Positions 27,987 to 43,300 of a stretch of DNA of 64,000 bases are shown one piece after another (position 1 is the first letter of the stretch; each line of letters starts with the position of its first letter). Made by a program: the position numbers and the translations under genes. The notes beneath the pieces were generated by a model, which made no database searches, was not told where the DNA came from, and was given only the letters and a program-made list of their open reading frames with translations. The DNA comes from Eledone cirrhosa (lineage: Eukaryota): positions 102,858,001-102,922,000 of the forward strand of contig OZ024740.1 in NCBI GenBank assembly GCA_964016885.1, given 5' to 3'.

Positions 27987-28300
27987 TTTATCATCTCTAT
28001 TTTATCATCTCAATTTGTTATATATTCTCTGTGTTATTATATGTCCCTTACGCCTTCTATTCTTAAAACAACACCTCTTCTGAATTTCTATCTATAATAC
28101 CATACACACATTGAACTAGAAACTATTATTTCTTGGCAGTATTAACTTTCTTTGGTTAAATCCATACTATTGATGCCCTGGTGGTGAATAGTCCTGTCTT
28201 ATAAAGCATCATAAACTTTAATGATTCCCAGAAGACAGCTGATGAGCAGGAATGTGCTTGTCTCTTCAAAGTTTTCTGTTTCCTATATTTCTCCCATAGG

Positions 28301-28432
28301 AGGGTGTGGTAAGATACCAGATGGACCATAACGCACCAGAGTACTCAATACTTAGGGGTAGTAGCATGGGTAATAGGAAAAGTCAGGACCCCAACGGCTG
28401 GGCTCCAGCCATTTTGACAGCTAGATCCGAAC
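28301..28432 (-). mobile_element. Degenerate family C element
   Basis: gtgtggtaagataccagatggaccataacgcaccagagtactcaatacttagg matches 31105 and 59461. Confidence 0.75.
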
Positions 28433-28512
28433 TATATATATATATATATATGTGTGTGTGATTGATATATATATATTTGCTGTATACACACATATATATG
28501 TGTGTGTGTGTG

Positions 28513-28556
<44 letters not shown>

Positions 28557-28961
28557 TATTTTGACTGTGTATCTAATATAAGCTCATCTACAGGTGATTA
28601 TCTGTATTATGTCATAAAGTGAATCATTAGTCGTTTATGATAAAACTTAAGAGGATTAAGATGAACAAAATCTCTTTAGTGTGTGACCAGCAATTAATTG
28701 TAGTTTACTTGAATTATTTATGCAACAGAATGGGAAGATGATAGGAGTGTCTCAAACCACCTTCCGCCCACATTCCTGTCAGTTGACCACTGTTACTATG
28801 TATTCTAATGTGGATGCAGGCATGGCTGTGTGGTTAAGAAGTTCACTTAATGAATGCCAATTATAGCATCTTAGGCAAGAGTCTTTACCATAGGCTTTAG
28901 TTGGATCCAAGCCTTGAGTAGACAAAAACTGTTTAGAAGAACATCAGATGAGTTTTACATG

Positions 28962-29163
28962 TACGAAGCTCAGCTGAAAAGTTTATAGTCTAACTAAGAT
29001 ACTCTCATGGAATGACCAAATGAGGTTTATTTTTCAATATAATCTCTGGAAAGAAACAATTCGGTTATTAATAAGAAGAGCTGAAATTAATGCATGCAAG
29101 ATTTCACAGATCTAGCATCACTTCTTCATAGTCAACCTATGAACTTTTCAGCCTGCCCTCATA
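28962..29163 (-). mobile_element. Mariner-type MITE
   Basis: Same TIRs and interior as 11173, opposite orientation. Confidence 0.8.
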
Positions 29164-30856
29164 TAATATGTTCTTGAATGGAATACATATTGTTCTCGTA
29201 ATTCAGAGGTCCAGCAGCCTTGTCACATAACATATTGTGTCACGCAGATTCAGCTTAGGAATTATTTAGAGGATGTATGTGTTTGTGGAATACTCAACCA
29301 CTTATGGGTTAATTCACAAGCCAGATACCCAATTGATGGAATAGCTGAATGTTCATCATGAAAACTAATAGATAAATACCATATTCTGATAAATTCTATC
29401 ATGTGAGTTTGAAACATTAACCTATCTAATGTCTGCTCCCATTAGTGAGCATGGGAAGGGCAGCAGTCAAGTACCTTTTATTTTTAAAGGGTAGCAAAAA
29501 ATGGTAAAAGTAAGGGAGGCTGTTATCTTATATGAGAGACATGGGTGTAGTGTTGGCAACAGGGTGAACTCAGCTAAAGGCAGTCAAGAACCAGATGGTA
29601 GTATTAAACCAGGTGCCAAATTATATCTATTGATAAATTCCCAACAACTGAGAAAGCAAAGAGCTGGAACAAATATCTCAAGGCAGGCCCAATGCCATTC
29701 AGTCTACACATACACACATATACATACACACACATACATACATACATACAGGCACACAGAAACACAGGCATTGTCGACACACTCATACACACAAACACAC
29801 ACACAGAGGCATGCATTGTCATTGTCAACATACACACGCACACATGAAGAAGCATATATTGTCCCTATCTACGCATACACATAGACATACATACCTACAC
29901 ACACACACAGGCATTGTCAGTCTATACATACACATAGGCATGTATTGTCAGTCAACACACACAAACATGCATTATCATTGTCTACACACACACACACAGG
30001 CATGTATTGTCAGTCTACATCTACACACACATACTCAAACATACATTGTCAGTTCTCAGATTGACATGCATTATCCCTGTCTGCACATACACACACAAGC
30101 AACACACATATACACTCAAGCAACACACACACACTTATAAACAAGTGCAGGCATATTCAGTTCTACTTCAAAGCCGGAGAGACTCACAATTAAAACAAAG
30201 ATGTACATTTTTCATTGTTCTTATATTTTGTTTAAAAAAAAAAAGAAATTGACAGGGCCCTTAACCTTTACAGACTCCCAGGTCAGTGAGATTGATGTAT
30301 TTGATATGTCAACTTGTTGAACAGAGAACATTTGTAGGAAAGGGGGGATAATTCCAGAGAGTTACATTTCAGGGGAGGGAAGGACTGCGATAGAGTGTTT
30401 CGTGTAGGTTTGGAAGAAGGGTAAAAAAAAATACAGGAGAGTGGAGGGGGGGGGGGGGGAATAGAGCATTTGTGTTGTGTGGAGGTGAAATACATTCTTG
30501 TCTATCCTCTAAATCGCTCACGTACTGACTCACTTATAGGGGCACCGTTACCACATATATATATACACATGACATCCAAATATGGGCAGTGTCATATGTA
30601 CATATTAGTTCATATATATACACAACCTACAGTAAACAACAACAGCGACTACAATACTATAAACGACCAGTCATTTAACAGGAAACTTAAGAACTAAACT
30701 CCCTGACATATGGGTGGACGTACGTACACACTCACACATACACAAACGCCACACACACATATCAAACACACACACCACACATGCACAAACAACACATATC
30801 AAACACCATACACTTACACACACACAAAGACATAATAGCCCCCTCTCTCTTTCCCT

Positions 30857-30898
<42 letters not shown>

Positions 30899-31104
30899 AC
30901 GCACATACATACTTGTATGCTATTTCCTTATATGATTAGATTAGCACTGCCCCCCGCCCCACGAATCTCTCATTTCATACAACTCTTACACACACACACA
31001 TGTACTTACGCACATATGTATGTATATGTGTGTGTATGCATGTATGCGTGTGTATATATGTATACCTATCTGTCTATCATATCAATATATATATATATAT
31101 ATAT

Positions 31105-31299
31105 AACGAAGGAAATGTGGTAAGGAACCAGGTGGACCATAACGCACCAAAGTACTCAATACTTGAGGTAGTAGAGTGGGTAATAGGAACCAGTAAGACC
31201 CCGACAGCTGAGCTCAAGCCGTTTCGACGGCTAATTCTGGACTAGTCCAGAATTAGCCGTCGAAACGGCTTGAGCTCAGCTGTCGGGGTCTTATTGGTT

Positions 31300-31304
<5 letters not shown>
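31105..31304. mobile_element. Family C element with a 122-bp spacerless palindrome (31183-31304)
   Basis: Centre act|agt at 31243/31244, one mismatch; contains hammerhead 3' half GAAA cggct...agctgTC. Confidence 0.85.
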
Positions 31305-31370
<66 letters not shown>

Positions 31371-31372
<2 letters not shown>

Positions 31373-31519
31373 CGAAGGAAATGTGGTAAGGAACCAGGTG
31401 GACCTGGACCATAACGCACCAAAGTACTCAATACTTAGGGTAGTAGAGTGGGTAATAGGAACCAGTAGAATTAGCCGTCGAAACGGTTTGAGCTCAGCCG
31501 TCGGGGTCTTACTGGTTCC

Positions 31520-31523
<4 letters not shown>
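31371..31523. mobile_element. Family C element, second copy with most of the left arm deleted
   Basis: Same tail and right arm as 31105; only a 13-bp left arm. Confidence 0.85.
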
Positions 31524-31557
<34 letters not shown>

Positions 31558-31998
31558 GACGCGCGTGCATGTATGTATGTAGTAAGTATGTATGTATGTT
31601 TTAATATATGTGTGTGTGTATACAATTGTTTCAGCAAACCTCTGCATTATCTAAAAAGCAAGTATGTTCAATACAAAGTGTTGCAATGTAAATAAATATT
31701 TTGTGAGGGGTAACGCCAGCTTGTCTGTTCGCAGAGAAACATCATGAAAAGAACGATAGCAGCAGTACTTAGAGTTTTCTCCCTTAGATAGGCCAATAGG
31801 GATTTGAATTCAGAATGTGCTGGAAAGTAACTAAATACCAAGTCTTCTAGTCAGTCACTCTACTGCTTTTGTCATTCTAGTAATAATAATAACAACATAA
31901 CTCCCACATGCTCTGCTAGAAATAACAGCCGATTCACCCTCATGTCACGTACTAATATTTTAAAAGAATGTAAGGACTCCTTGATATATATATATTAA

Positions 31999-32351
31999 AA
32001 ATAATAATAATAAATAATAATAATAATAATAATGAAATTATTGTGTACAGTGCTCAGGTGCACTACAACTCATCAAAGGTGCATGTATAGTACATAGAAT
32101 AATATACAAATGTCAGGGAAGTGAATAGTGTATGAGTCATGATATACATGTGTGTATGTGTATGGAGGGGGAATATTAGGTGTAGTGTTGGCGAATCTCA
32201 GGAAGCATGAAGGTTTTAAAGGATGCAGTGTCTCGACAGCTAACAACTGATGCAGGGAGTTTCTTCCATGCTTCAGCAACTCTGAGCGTGAAAAAATGTT
32301 TCCGGAAGTCCATGGGAGCTGTGCTGTTTTCTGACTTTGTTGGCATGCCCA
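31999..32351 (-). mobile_element. 3' end fragment of the CR1-type LINE family at 50931-54166
   Basis: DFRKHFFTLRVAEAWKKLPASVVSCRDTASFK, same 3' UTR and (TTA)n tail. Confidence 0.9.
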
Positions 32352-33286
32352 CGTGTATTATGCTGGGGAAAAGAAAAGACGGGATGGCTATGGCTGGAAT
32401 ACCTTTGGGCTGGCTTGAGCAAAACAGCAACAACAACAGCAATAGCACAACTGCTACAAAGGCCTCAACTCACAATACAACCATCATTGCCACTATAACC
32501 ATTGTTACCACTACTATCACCATCACCACCATCAATTAGTTCAACAACAATAAAATTAATTAAAATTAAAAACCACCTGGATAAGCAAAGAGCACAATTT
32601 GTTTACACAGCAAACTTCAGCTACCATAAAACACAGACACATGTCATTAAGCACTCAAATACATCTACATCTCTGAAACCAATAAGGGAGCCATTAAGTG
32701 GTCGCTGGAGTTGCTAGAAATAGCAGCCACATTTCCCTTCAAATCTATCTAACTATCTATCTATCTAGATAGAATAAATAAAAATAATTAATAAATAATC
32801 TAATAAATAAATAAATAAAGATATCTAGATAGATAGATATGTAGGTAGGTATGTAGGCAGATAGATAGATAAACAAATATATATAAGATACACACACACA
32901 CATGTACATAAATATATGCACAGACACACACACACACACACACATGCACTCATATATATTGTTTTTAATATTGTAATAATAAGCCAGTGGAAAGCATTGA
33001 GACATCAGTCCTCTCAATGAAATTAAAGCCTCCCACCCAGCCAAATGTAACGAGATAAGGTCATAGAGGTTTTTGCTAATTAAAAGGACACTTAATTGGC
33101 AGACATGAAGGAAATACACACACTGAAGGAAACATGGTTGATGAGAAATAGATTAAATGCCTAGGGGTGGGAGTGGGGCAGGTAGGAGAGAAGATGGAGA
33201 TAAAGAGAGAGAGAGAGGTGGTGCAGAAGAGAGGGAGAAGAAGAGAGTGAGTGAGAGAGAAGGAAGAGAGAGAGAGAGGGAGAGAA

Positions 33287-33334
<48 letters not shown>

Positions 33335-33942
33335 GGAGAAAGAGAGACAAACCCTTATTGTTAGTATTTAATTGAGGGGTACCTTCCAGAGATAAATGCT
33401 ACATACCCTGACTCCCATCTCAGTTAAGTGTCCGATGGCGCCAGATAATAACTGAAAACACTCAGCAATCTACCTTTTTTTTATTTTCTTTAATTTTTTT
33501 TTTTGTTTTTTGTTGATATTTACTTATTGAGTTGGTTGTTGTTTTTGTTGTTGTTCTTAAGGAAATTAGATAAGGGACAGTGATGTAACAAAATTGCATC
33601 AACAATCTAGCATGTATATGTATGTATGCATATGGACATGTGTGCATATGTCTTTGTGTATTTGTAACTATATACACTAAACACACACACACATATATAT
33701 CATCATCATCATCATCATCGTTTAATGTCCATCTTCCAAGCTAGCATGGGTTAGATGGATTTGTCTTATGTAGAGGCAAGTTGGGTCGAGTGACCGTGTC
33801 TTGCTCAAATAGGACAATTTCTGGCTGGTTTTCTACGGCTGGGTGCCCTTCCTAGTGCCAACCACATTTACAGTGTGTGCTGGGTGCTTTTTGTGGTGAC
33901 ACCTACATGACCTCTTACAGAGTGGGCTGGATATTTTATACA

Positions 33943-34549
33943 TCTATATATCTAAAACAGAGAATGTCTGTCTGTCTGTCTGACTCTCTAAAACTCGAGA
34001 ACCACCCAACCGATTGTTTTCAAACTTTACACATGTAATACTTATGGTCGTGTGAGTGTTTTGAGCAAAGAAAATTTCAAATTTTCAATGCCCTAGGGAC
34101 CGCATTAGGCAATTTAGCGATCTCTCTCTATAATTCTTAGTCTTTCTTTTTAGATAAACGTTGCACCCTTATAATATTTGTCTGTATGGCTGGCTATCTG
34201 CATAACAACATTATGACGCTATATGTGTGTATATATATGTATATATAGTGTGTGTATATATATAGTGTGTGTAATGTTTTTCGAAATATTTACTTCTGCG
34301 TTCACAGATTGATTTTTTTAGTTTCAGAAGATCCTGTTAAGGGTGAAAGCAGCGATCCTTTGCTTACATTTTAATCTGTTATTTTAATATATATATATAA
34401 TTATATATTCGTGTACAGATATTTTTGCATACACAATAACAAAATATAAACAAACATATTTATTTCACGAGGCTCGATAAGGATAAATATATATCAAATA
34501 TATAAGAAACCTAGAGCAAATCACGAGCAGCGCCGGGCCATTCTGCTAG
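33943..34549 (+). mobile_element. Non-autonomous Helitron, family H
   Basis: A|TCTATATATCTAAAAC, (GTCT)n, 3' cacgagcagcgccggg then ccattctgCTAG|T; homologous to 59792-60766. Confidence 0.8.
34304..34379 (+). ncRNA. Variant-core hammerhead-like motif (CAGAAGA), family B
   Basis: agttt CAGAAGA(34325) tcct-gttaa-gggt GAAA gca...tgcT T acatt; distal acagattga/ttaatctgt helix. Confidence 0.45.
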
Positions 34550-35030
34550 TATATTATATATACATGTATTATATATATTATATATACATATATATATACA
34601 TGTACTATATATATGTATATATATAAATATATATATGTATTATACACACACACATATATTTAAAATATATATATATATATTTATATATCATCATCATCAT
34701 CATCATTTTACGTCTGCTTTTCCCTGCTTGCAAGGGTGGGGTGGTAACTGATTCTGGCTTGATTTCTACAGCTGGATGCCCTTCCTAACACCAACCTCAT
34801 TTACAGTGAGTGCTGGGTGCTTTTTATCCGTGGTGCCTACACGTCCACTTTGCAGTGGAATGTTAGGGACCTCAGTCCCTATCATCTCATTTCTACAGCT
34901 GAGTAAACTGGAGCAATGTGAAATAAAGTGTCTTGCTCAAGGAAACAACACATCACCCGGTCTGAGAATTGAACTCACAACCTTTCGATTGCAAGGTCAA
35001 TGCTCTAATGACTAAGCCATGTGCCTCCAT

Positions 35031-35332
<302 letters not shown>

Positions 35333-35608
35333 AGATAGAGAAAGAGGGAAGGAGGGAGAGATAGATAAATACAGCCCAAAACAGTCCTATACGAACGAGA
35401 CACGGACACCCGACCCAACTTGCTTCAAATGGGACAAATCAGTCTGAACCATGTTAGCATGGAAGATAGAAGTTAAACGATGATGGAATGATGATGATAT
35501 ATATCTTTAGGGATTGTAATGTCCAGTTACTGTAGGTTCACCAGAGTGAGCACTTGATGCATAGTTTCCAGTCGGTAAAGAGGTGTTGTACTAAGCAGAG
35601 TGTAATAC

Positions 35609-35800
35609 TAATAATTGTATCTACTTTTGGCACAAGGCCAGCAATTATCGCAGTGTATTACTGGTACTTTCTTTTATCAACCCCCGTATGGATGAAAGGC
35701 AAAGTTAACCTCGACAGGATTTGAACTCAGACTGTAAAGGGACGTAACTATGCTGGAAAGCATGGCATCCAACCCTCTACCGATACTGCCAATTCACCGC
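35609..35800 (-). mobile_element. SINE S1 with TSD taatactaataat
   Basis: Reverse complement of S1; flanking direct repeat. Confidence 0.85.
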
Positions 35801-36675
35801 CTTCTAATAATACTAATAATAATAAACATTTTGCAATTGATCAGCTCAAGGCTCATGCTTTATCGATCTGGCCCAACATATACTAAATTTCTTCACACGG
35901 TATTGCATGGCATGAAGATATAGTAGAAAACACTTTTTTGAGGTGCTATGCAGTAAGATATAACCCAAGACCAAATGGTTGTAAAGTAAACTTTCGAACA
36001 ATGCAGGCATACCTCATATATGATGGGTTTGTGTATGTATGCATGTATGGATTTATGATGTTTGTGTGCAAAGTATAATATTGCCCATTAATATAACATG
36101 AGCCTTAAATTTCAGAAGATAGCAAAACTGAAAAGAAATGAGGTAAATAGTGTTTGCTTGATGTTCTATCTTAGTGTACATGAACAATGTAGAAAAACTG
36201 AATATAAGAGGAAGCAGATGCAGTGTGCCTATATGAGAGAGAGAAGACCATGCTTGTATGAACACAAGAGGCATAAGAAAGATGAGAGTTCTAAAATAAC
36301 TGATAAGCTATCCAAATAGAAGGAATTTCTAGGAGTCTGACAAGATATGGAAATAAATGATGAAGGCTTATCCCAAGAAGCTGAATCTCCCAAAAGAGAT
36401 AATAAAGAACCACAACATGTTGTAAGATGTTATGTTTGAGAAGACTCACTGAACTCATCCAAGTATGGTAAAACTCGGATGCAGGATAAAACTCGAGCAA
36501 AGACTCCTTATAGATGGAAAAAGGGAAAAAGAGGCCAGCAGTCACTACGAAGAATCAAACTTCATATCTTTCAGATACCAGCTGACTCTCTAACCATTAG
36601 AGTTAAATAAAAACACTTTAGATAGCTAGCCAGATAGACAGACAGCTAGACAGAGAAACAAACAGTTTGATGGGC

Positions 36676-36925
36676 TGATGGATTTTATGGGCAAAAACAA
36701 CTGGCAGGTGACTCAGGGGTAGACCCTGAGCAAGGTGGATGGACAACATCCATGGGCAGAGTCTTCAAGCATGCCTTCCAGTGGGTCCCGTCACAAACAA
36801 CCATCTCCAATTGATATGGCTGGATCCCCAAGAGAGACCAGTCAAGCTTATGGATGTCCAACCATCTTGTTCATAGTCTACCCCTGGGTCTCCTGCTGGT
36901 TGGTTTTGCCCGTAAAATCTGTCCA
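36676..36925. repeat. Imperfect ~77-bp inverted repeat made of two RTE ORF C-terminal fragments
   Basis: Arms ~36676-36752/36850-36925 read ILWAKTTGR*LRGRP*ARWMDNI and ILRAKPTSRRPRGRL*TRWLDI. Confidence 0.7.
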
Positions 36926-37302
36926 GTGATTCTTTCCTGAGACATTCTAACCACACATTATTTGAATTTTTTCAAATACTTTCATTACTATATATCTTTT
37001 CAAATAAAATTATTTGAATGGACATTTTGTCAACTACCTAATCTGTTAATCATCATATTAGTCACCTGTCTAATTTGTCCATCTCATTTGTCAACTGCTT
37101 TATTTATTCATATAATTTGTCCTCTAATTTATTACTTGTCTAATTTGTCCCCTCCCTAATTTGTCAACTCTCTAATTTGTCACCTGTCTAATTTGTCCAT
37201 CTAATTTGTTCCCTGTCTAATTTGTCCATTTAATTTGCAAACTATATAATTAGTCACCTGCGTAATTTGTCAAACATATGTTCATTGTATTCATTGTCAA
37301 TG

Positions 37303-40300
37303 TTTCACTACCATACACCACCATACATCATACACACACCACATACAGTCCTTTACATTCACTACCATACACCACCATACATCATACACACACCACATAC
37401 AGTCCTCTACATTTACTACCATACACCACCATACAACATACACACACCACATACAGTCCTCTACATTCACTACCATACACCACCATACATCATACACACA
37501 CCACATACAGTTCCCTACATTCACTACCATACACCACTATATATCATACACACACCACATACAGTTCCCTACATTCACTACCATACACCACCATACATCA
37601 TACACACACCACATACAGTTCCCTACATTCACTACCATACACCACCATACATCATACACACACCACATATAGTTCCCTACATTCACTACCATACACCACC
37701 ATACATCATACACACACCACATATAGTTCCCTACATACACCACCATACATCATACACACACCACATACAGTTCCCTACATTCACTACCATACACCACCAT
37801 ACATCATACACACACCACATATAGTTCCCAACATTCACTACCATACACCACCATACATCAAACACACACCACATATAGTTCCCTACATTCACTACCATAC
37901 ACCACCATACATCATACACACACCACATACAGTTCCCTACATTCACTACCATACACCACCATACATCATACACACACCACATACAGTCCTCTACATTCAC
38001 TACCATACACCACCATACATCATACACACACCACATACAGTCCTCTACGTTCACTACCATACACCACCATCCATAATACACACACCACATATAGTTCCCT
38101 ACATTCACTACCATACACCACCATACATCATACACACACCACATACAGTCCTCTACATTCACTACCATACACCACCATACATCATACACACACCACATAC
38201 AGTTCCCTACATTCACTACCATACACCACCAAACATCATACACACACCACATACAGTCCTCTACATTCACTACCATACACCACCATACATCATACACACA
38301 CCACATACAGTTCCCTACATTCACTACCATACACCACCATACATCATACACACACCACATACAGTGCTCTACATTCACTACCATACACCACCATACATCA
38401 TACACACACCACATACAGTCCTCTACATTCACTACCATACACCACCATACATCATACACACACCACATATAGTTCCCTACATACACCAACATACACCACC
38501 ATACATCATATACACACCACATATAGTTCCCTACATTCACTACCATACACCACCATACATCATACACACACCACATACAGTTCCCTACATTCACTACCAT
38601 ACACCACCATACATCATACACACACCACATACAGTTCCCTACATTCACTACCATACACCACCATACATCATACACACACCACATACAGTCCTCTACATTT
38701 ACTACCATACACCACCATACATCATACACACACCACATACAGTTCCCTACATTCACTACCATACACCACCATATATCATACACACACCACATACAGTTCC
38801 CTACATTCACTACCATACACCACCATACATCATACACACACCACATACAGTTCCCTACATTCACTACCATACACCACCATACATCATACACACACCACAT
38901 ATAGTTCCCTACATTCACTACCATACACCACCATATATCATACACACACCACATACAGTTCCCTACATTCACTACCATACACCACCATACATCATACACA
39001 CACCACATACAGTTCCCTACATTCACTACCATACACCACCATACATCATACACACACCACATACAGTTCCCTACATTCACTACCATACACCACCATACAT
39101 CATACACACACCACATACAGTCCTCTACATTCACTACCATACACCACCATATATCATACACACACCACATATAGTCCCCTACATTCACTACCATACACCA
39201 CCATATATCATACACACACCACATATAGTTCCCTACATACACCAACATACACCACCATACATCATACACACACCACATATAGTTCCCTACATTCACTACC
39301 ATACACCACCATACATCATACACACACCACATATAGTTCCCTACATTCACTACCATACACCACCATACATCATACACACACCACATACAGTCCTCTACGT
39401 TCACTACCATACACCACCATACATCATACACACACCACATACAGTTCCCTACATTCACTACCATACACCACCATACATCAAACACACACCACATACAGTC
39501 CTCTACATTCACTACCATACACCACCATACATCATACACACACCACATATAGTTCCCTACATTCACTACGATACACCACCATACATCAAACACACACCAC
39601 ATACAGTCCTCTACATTCACTACCATACACCACCATACATCATACACACACCACATACAGTTCCCTACATTCACTACCATACACCACCATACATCAAACA
39701 CACACCACATACAGTCCTCTACATTCACTACCATACACCACCATACATCATACACACACCACATACAGTCCTCTACATTCACTACCATACACCACCATAC
39801 ATCATACACACACCACATACAGTCCTCTACATTCACTACCATACACCACCATATATCATACACACACCACATATAGTTCCCTACATTCACTACCATACAC
39901 CACCATACATCATACACACACCACATACAGTCCTCTACATTCACTACCATACACCACCATACATCATACACACACCACATACAGTCCTCTACATTCACTA
40001 CCATACACCACCATACAACATACACACACCACATATAGTTCCCTACATTCACTACCATACACCACCATACATCATACACACACCACATATAGTTCGCTAC
40101 ATTCACTACCATACACCACCATACATCATACACACACCACATACAGTCCTCTACATTCACTACCATACACCACCATACATCATACACACACCACATACAG
40201 TCCTCTACATTCACTACCATACACCACCATACAACATACACACACCACATATAGTTCCCTACATGCACTACCATACACCACCATACATCATACACACACC

Positions 40301-43300
40301 ACATACAGTCCTCTACATTCACTACCATACACCACCATACATCATACACACACCACATACAGTCCTCTACATTCACTACCATACACCACCATACAACATA
40401 CACACACCACATATAGTTCCCTACATTCACTACCATACACCACCATAAATCATACACACACCACATACAGTTCCCTACATTCACTACCATACACCACCAT
40501 ACATCATACACACACCACATACAGTGCTCTACATTCACTACCATACACCACCATACATCATACACACACCACATACAGTCCTCTACATTCACTACCATAC
40601 ACCACCATACATCATACACACACCACATATAGTTCCCTACATACACCAACATACACCACCATACATCATATACACACCACATATAGTTCCCTACATTCAC
40701 TACCATACACCACCATACATCATACACACACCACATACAGTTCCCTACATTCACTACCATACACCACCATACATCATACACACACCACATACAGTTCCCT
40801 ACATTCACTACCATACACCACCATACATCATACACACACCACCATACATCATACACACACCACATATAGTTCCCTACATTCACTACCATACACCTCCAAA
40901 CATCATACACACACGACATACAGTCCTCTACATTCACTACCATACACCACCATACATCATACACACACCACATACAGTCCTCTACATTCACTACCATACA
41001 CCACCATACATCATACACACACCACATACAGTTCCCTACATTCACTACCATACACCACCATACATCATACACACACCACATACAGTCCTCTACATTCACT
41101 ACCATACACCACCATATATCATACACACACCACATATAGTCCCCTACATTCACTACCATACACCACCATATATCATACACACACCACATATAGTTCCCTA
41201 CATACACCAACATACACCACCATACATCATACACACACCACATATAGTTCCCTACATTCACTACCATACACCACCATACATCATACACACACCACATACA
41301 GTTCCCTACATTCACTACCATACACCACCATACATCATACACACACCACATATAGTTCCCTACATTCACTACCATACACCACCATACATCATACACACAC
41401 CACATACAGTCCTCTACGTTCACTACCATACACCACCATACATCATACACACACGACATATAGTTCCCTACATTCACTACCATACACCACCATACATCAT
41501 ACACACACCACATACAGTTCCCTACATACACCACCATACACCACCATACATCATACACACACCACATACAGTCCTCTACATTCACTACCATACACCACCA
41601 TACATCATACACACACCACATATAGTTCCCTACATTCACTACCATACACCACCAAACATCATACACACACCACATACAGTTCCCTACATTCACTACCATA
41701 CATCACCAAACATCATACACACACCACATACAGTCCTCTACATTCACTACCATACACCACCATACATCATACACACACCACATACAGTTCCCTACATTCA
41801 CTACCATACACCACCATACATCATACACACACCACATACAGTTCCCTACATTCACTACCATACACCACCATACATCATACACACACCACATACAGTCCTC
41901 TACATTCACTACCATACACCACCATACATCATACACACACCACATACAGTTCCCTACATTCACTACCATACACCACCATACATCAAACACACACCACATA
42001 CAGTCCTCTACATTCACTACCATACACCACCATACATCATACACACACCACATACAGTTCCCTACATTCACTACCATACACCACCATACATCAAACACAC
42101 ACCACATACAGTCCTCTACATTCACTACCATACACCACCATACATCATACACACACCACATACAGTCCTCTACATTCACTACCATACACCACCATACATC
42201 ATACACACACCACATACAGTCCTCTACATTCACTACCATACACCACCATATATCATACACACACCACATATAGTTCCCTACATTCACTACCATACACCCC
42301 CATACATCATACACACACCACATATAGTTCCCTACATCCACTACCATACACCACCATACATCATACACACACCACATATAGTTCCCTATATTCACTACCA
42401 TACACCCCCATACATCATACACACACCACATACAGTTCCCTACATTCACTACCATACACCACCATACATCATACACACACCACATATAGTTCCCTACATT
42501 CACTACCATACACCACCATACATCACACACACACCACATACAGTTCCCTACATTCACTACCATACACCACCATACATCATACACACACCACATATAGTTC
42601 CCTACATTCACTACCATACACCACCATACATCATACACACACCACATACAGTCCTCTACATTTACTACCATACACCACCAAACAACATACACACACCACA
42701 TATAGTTCCCTACATGCACTACCATACACCACCAAACATCATACACACACCACATATAGTTCCCTACATTCACTACCATACACCACCATACATCATACAC
42801 ACACCACATATAGTTCCCTACATTCACTACCATACACCACCATACATCACACACACACCACATACAGTTCCCTACATTCACTACCATACACCACCATACA
42901 TCATACACACACCACATATAGTTCCCTACATTCACTACCATACACCACCATACATCATACACACACCACATACAGTCCTCTACATTCACTACCATACACC
43001 ACCATACATCATACACACACCAGATATAGTTCCCTACATGCACTACCATACACCACCATACAACATACACACACCACATACAGTCCTCTACATTCACTAC
43101 CATACACCACCATACATCATACACACACCACATATAGTTCCCTACATTCACTACCATACACCACCATACATCACACACACACCACCACATACAGTTCCCT
43201 ACATGCACTACCATACACCACCAAACAACATACACACACCACATATAGTTCCCTACATGCACTACCATACACCACCAAACATCATACACACACCACATAC

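Noticed and set aside
28225-28270. cagaaga/ctgatga resembling a hammerhead core
   Set aside because: No GAAA and no closing stems in register
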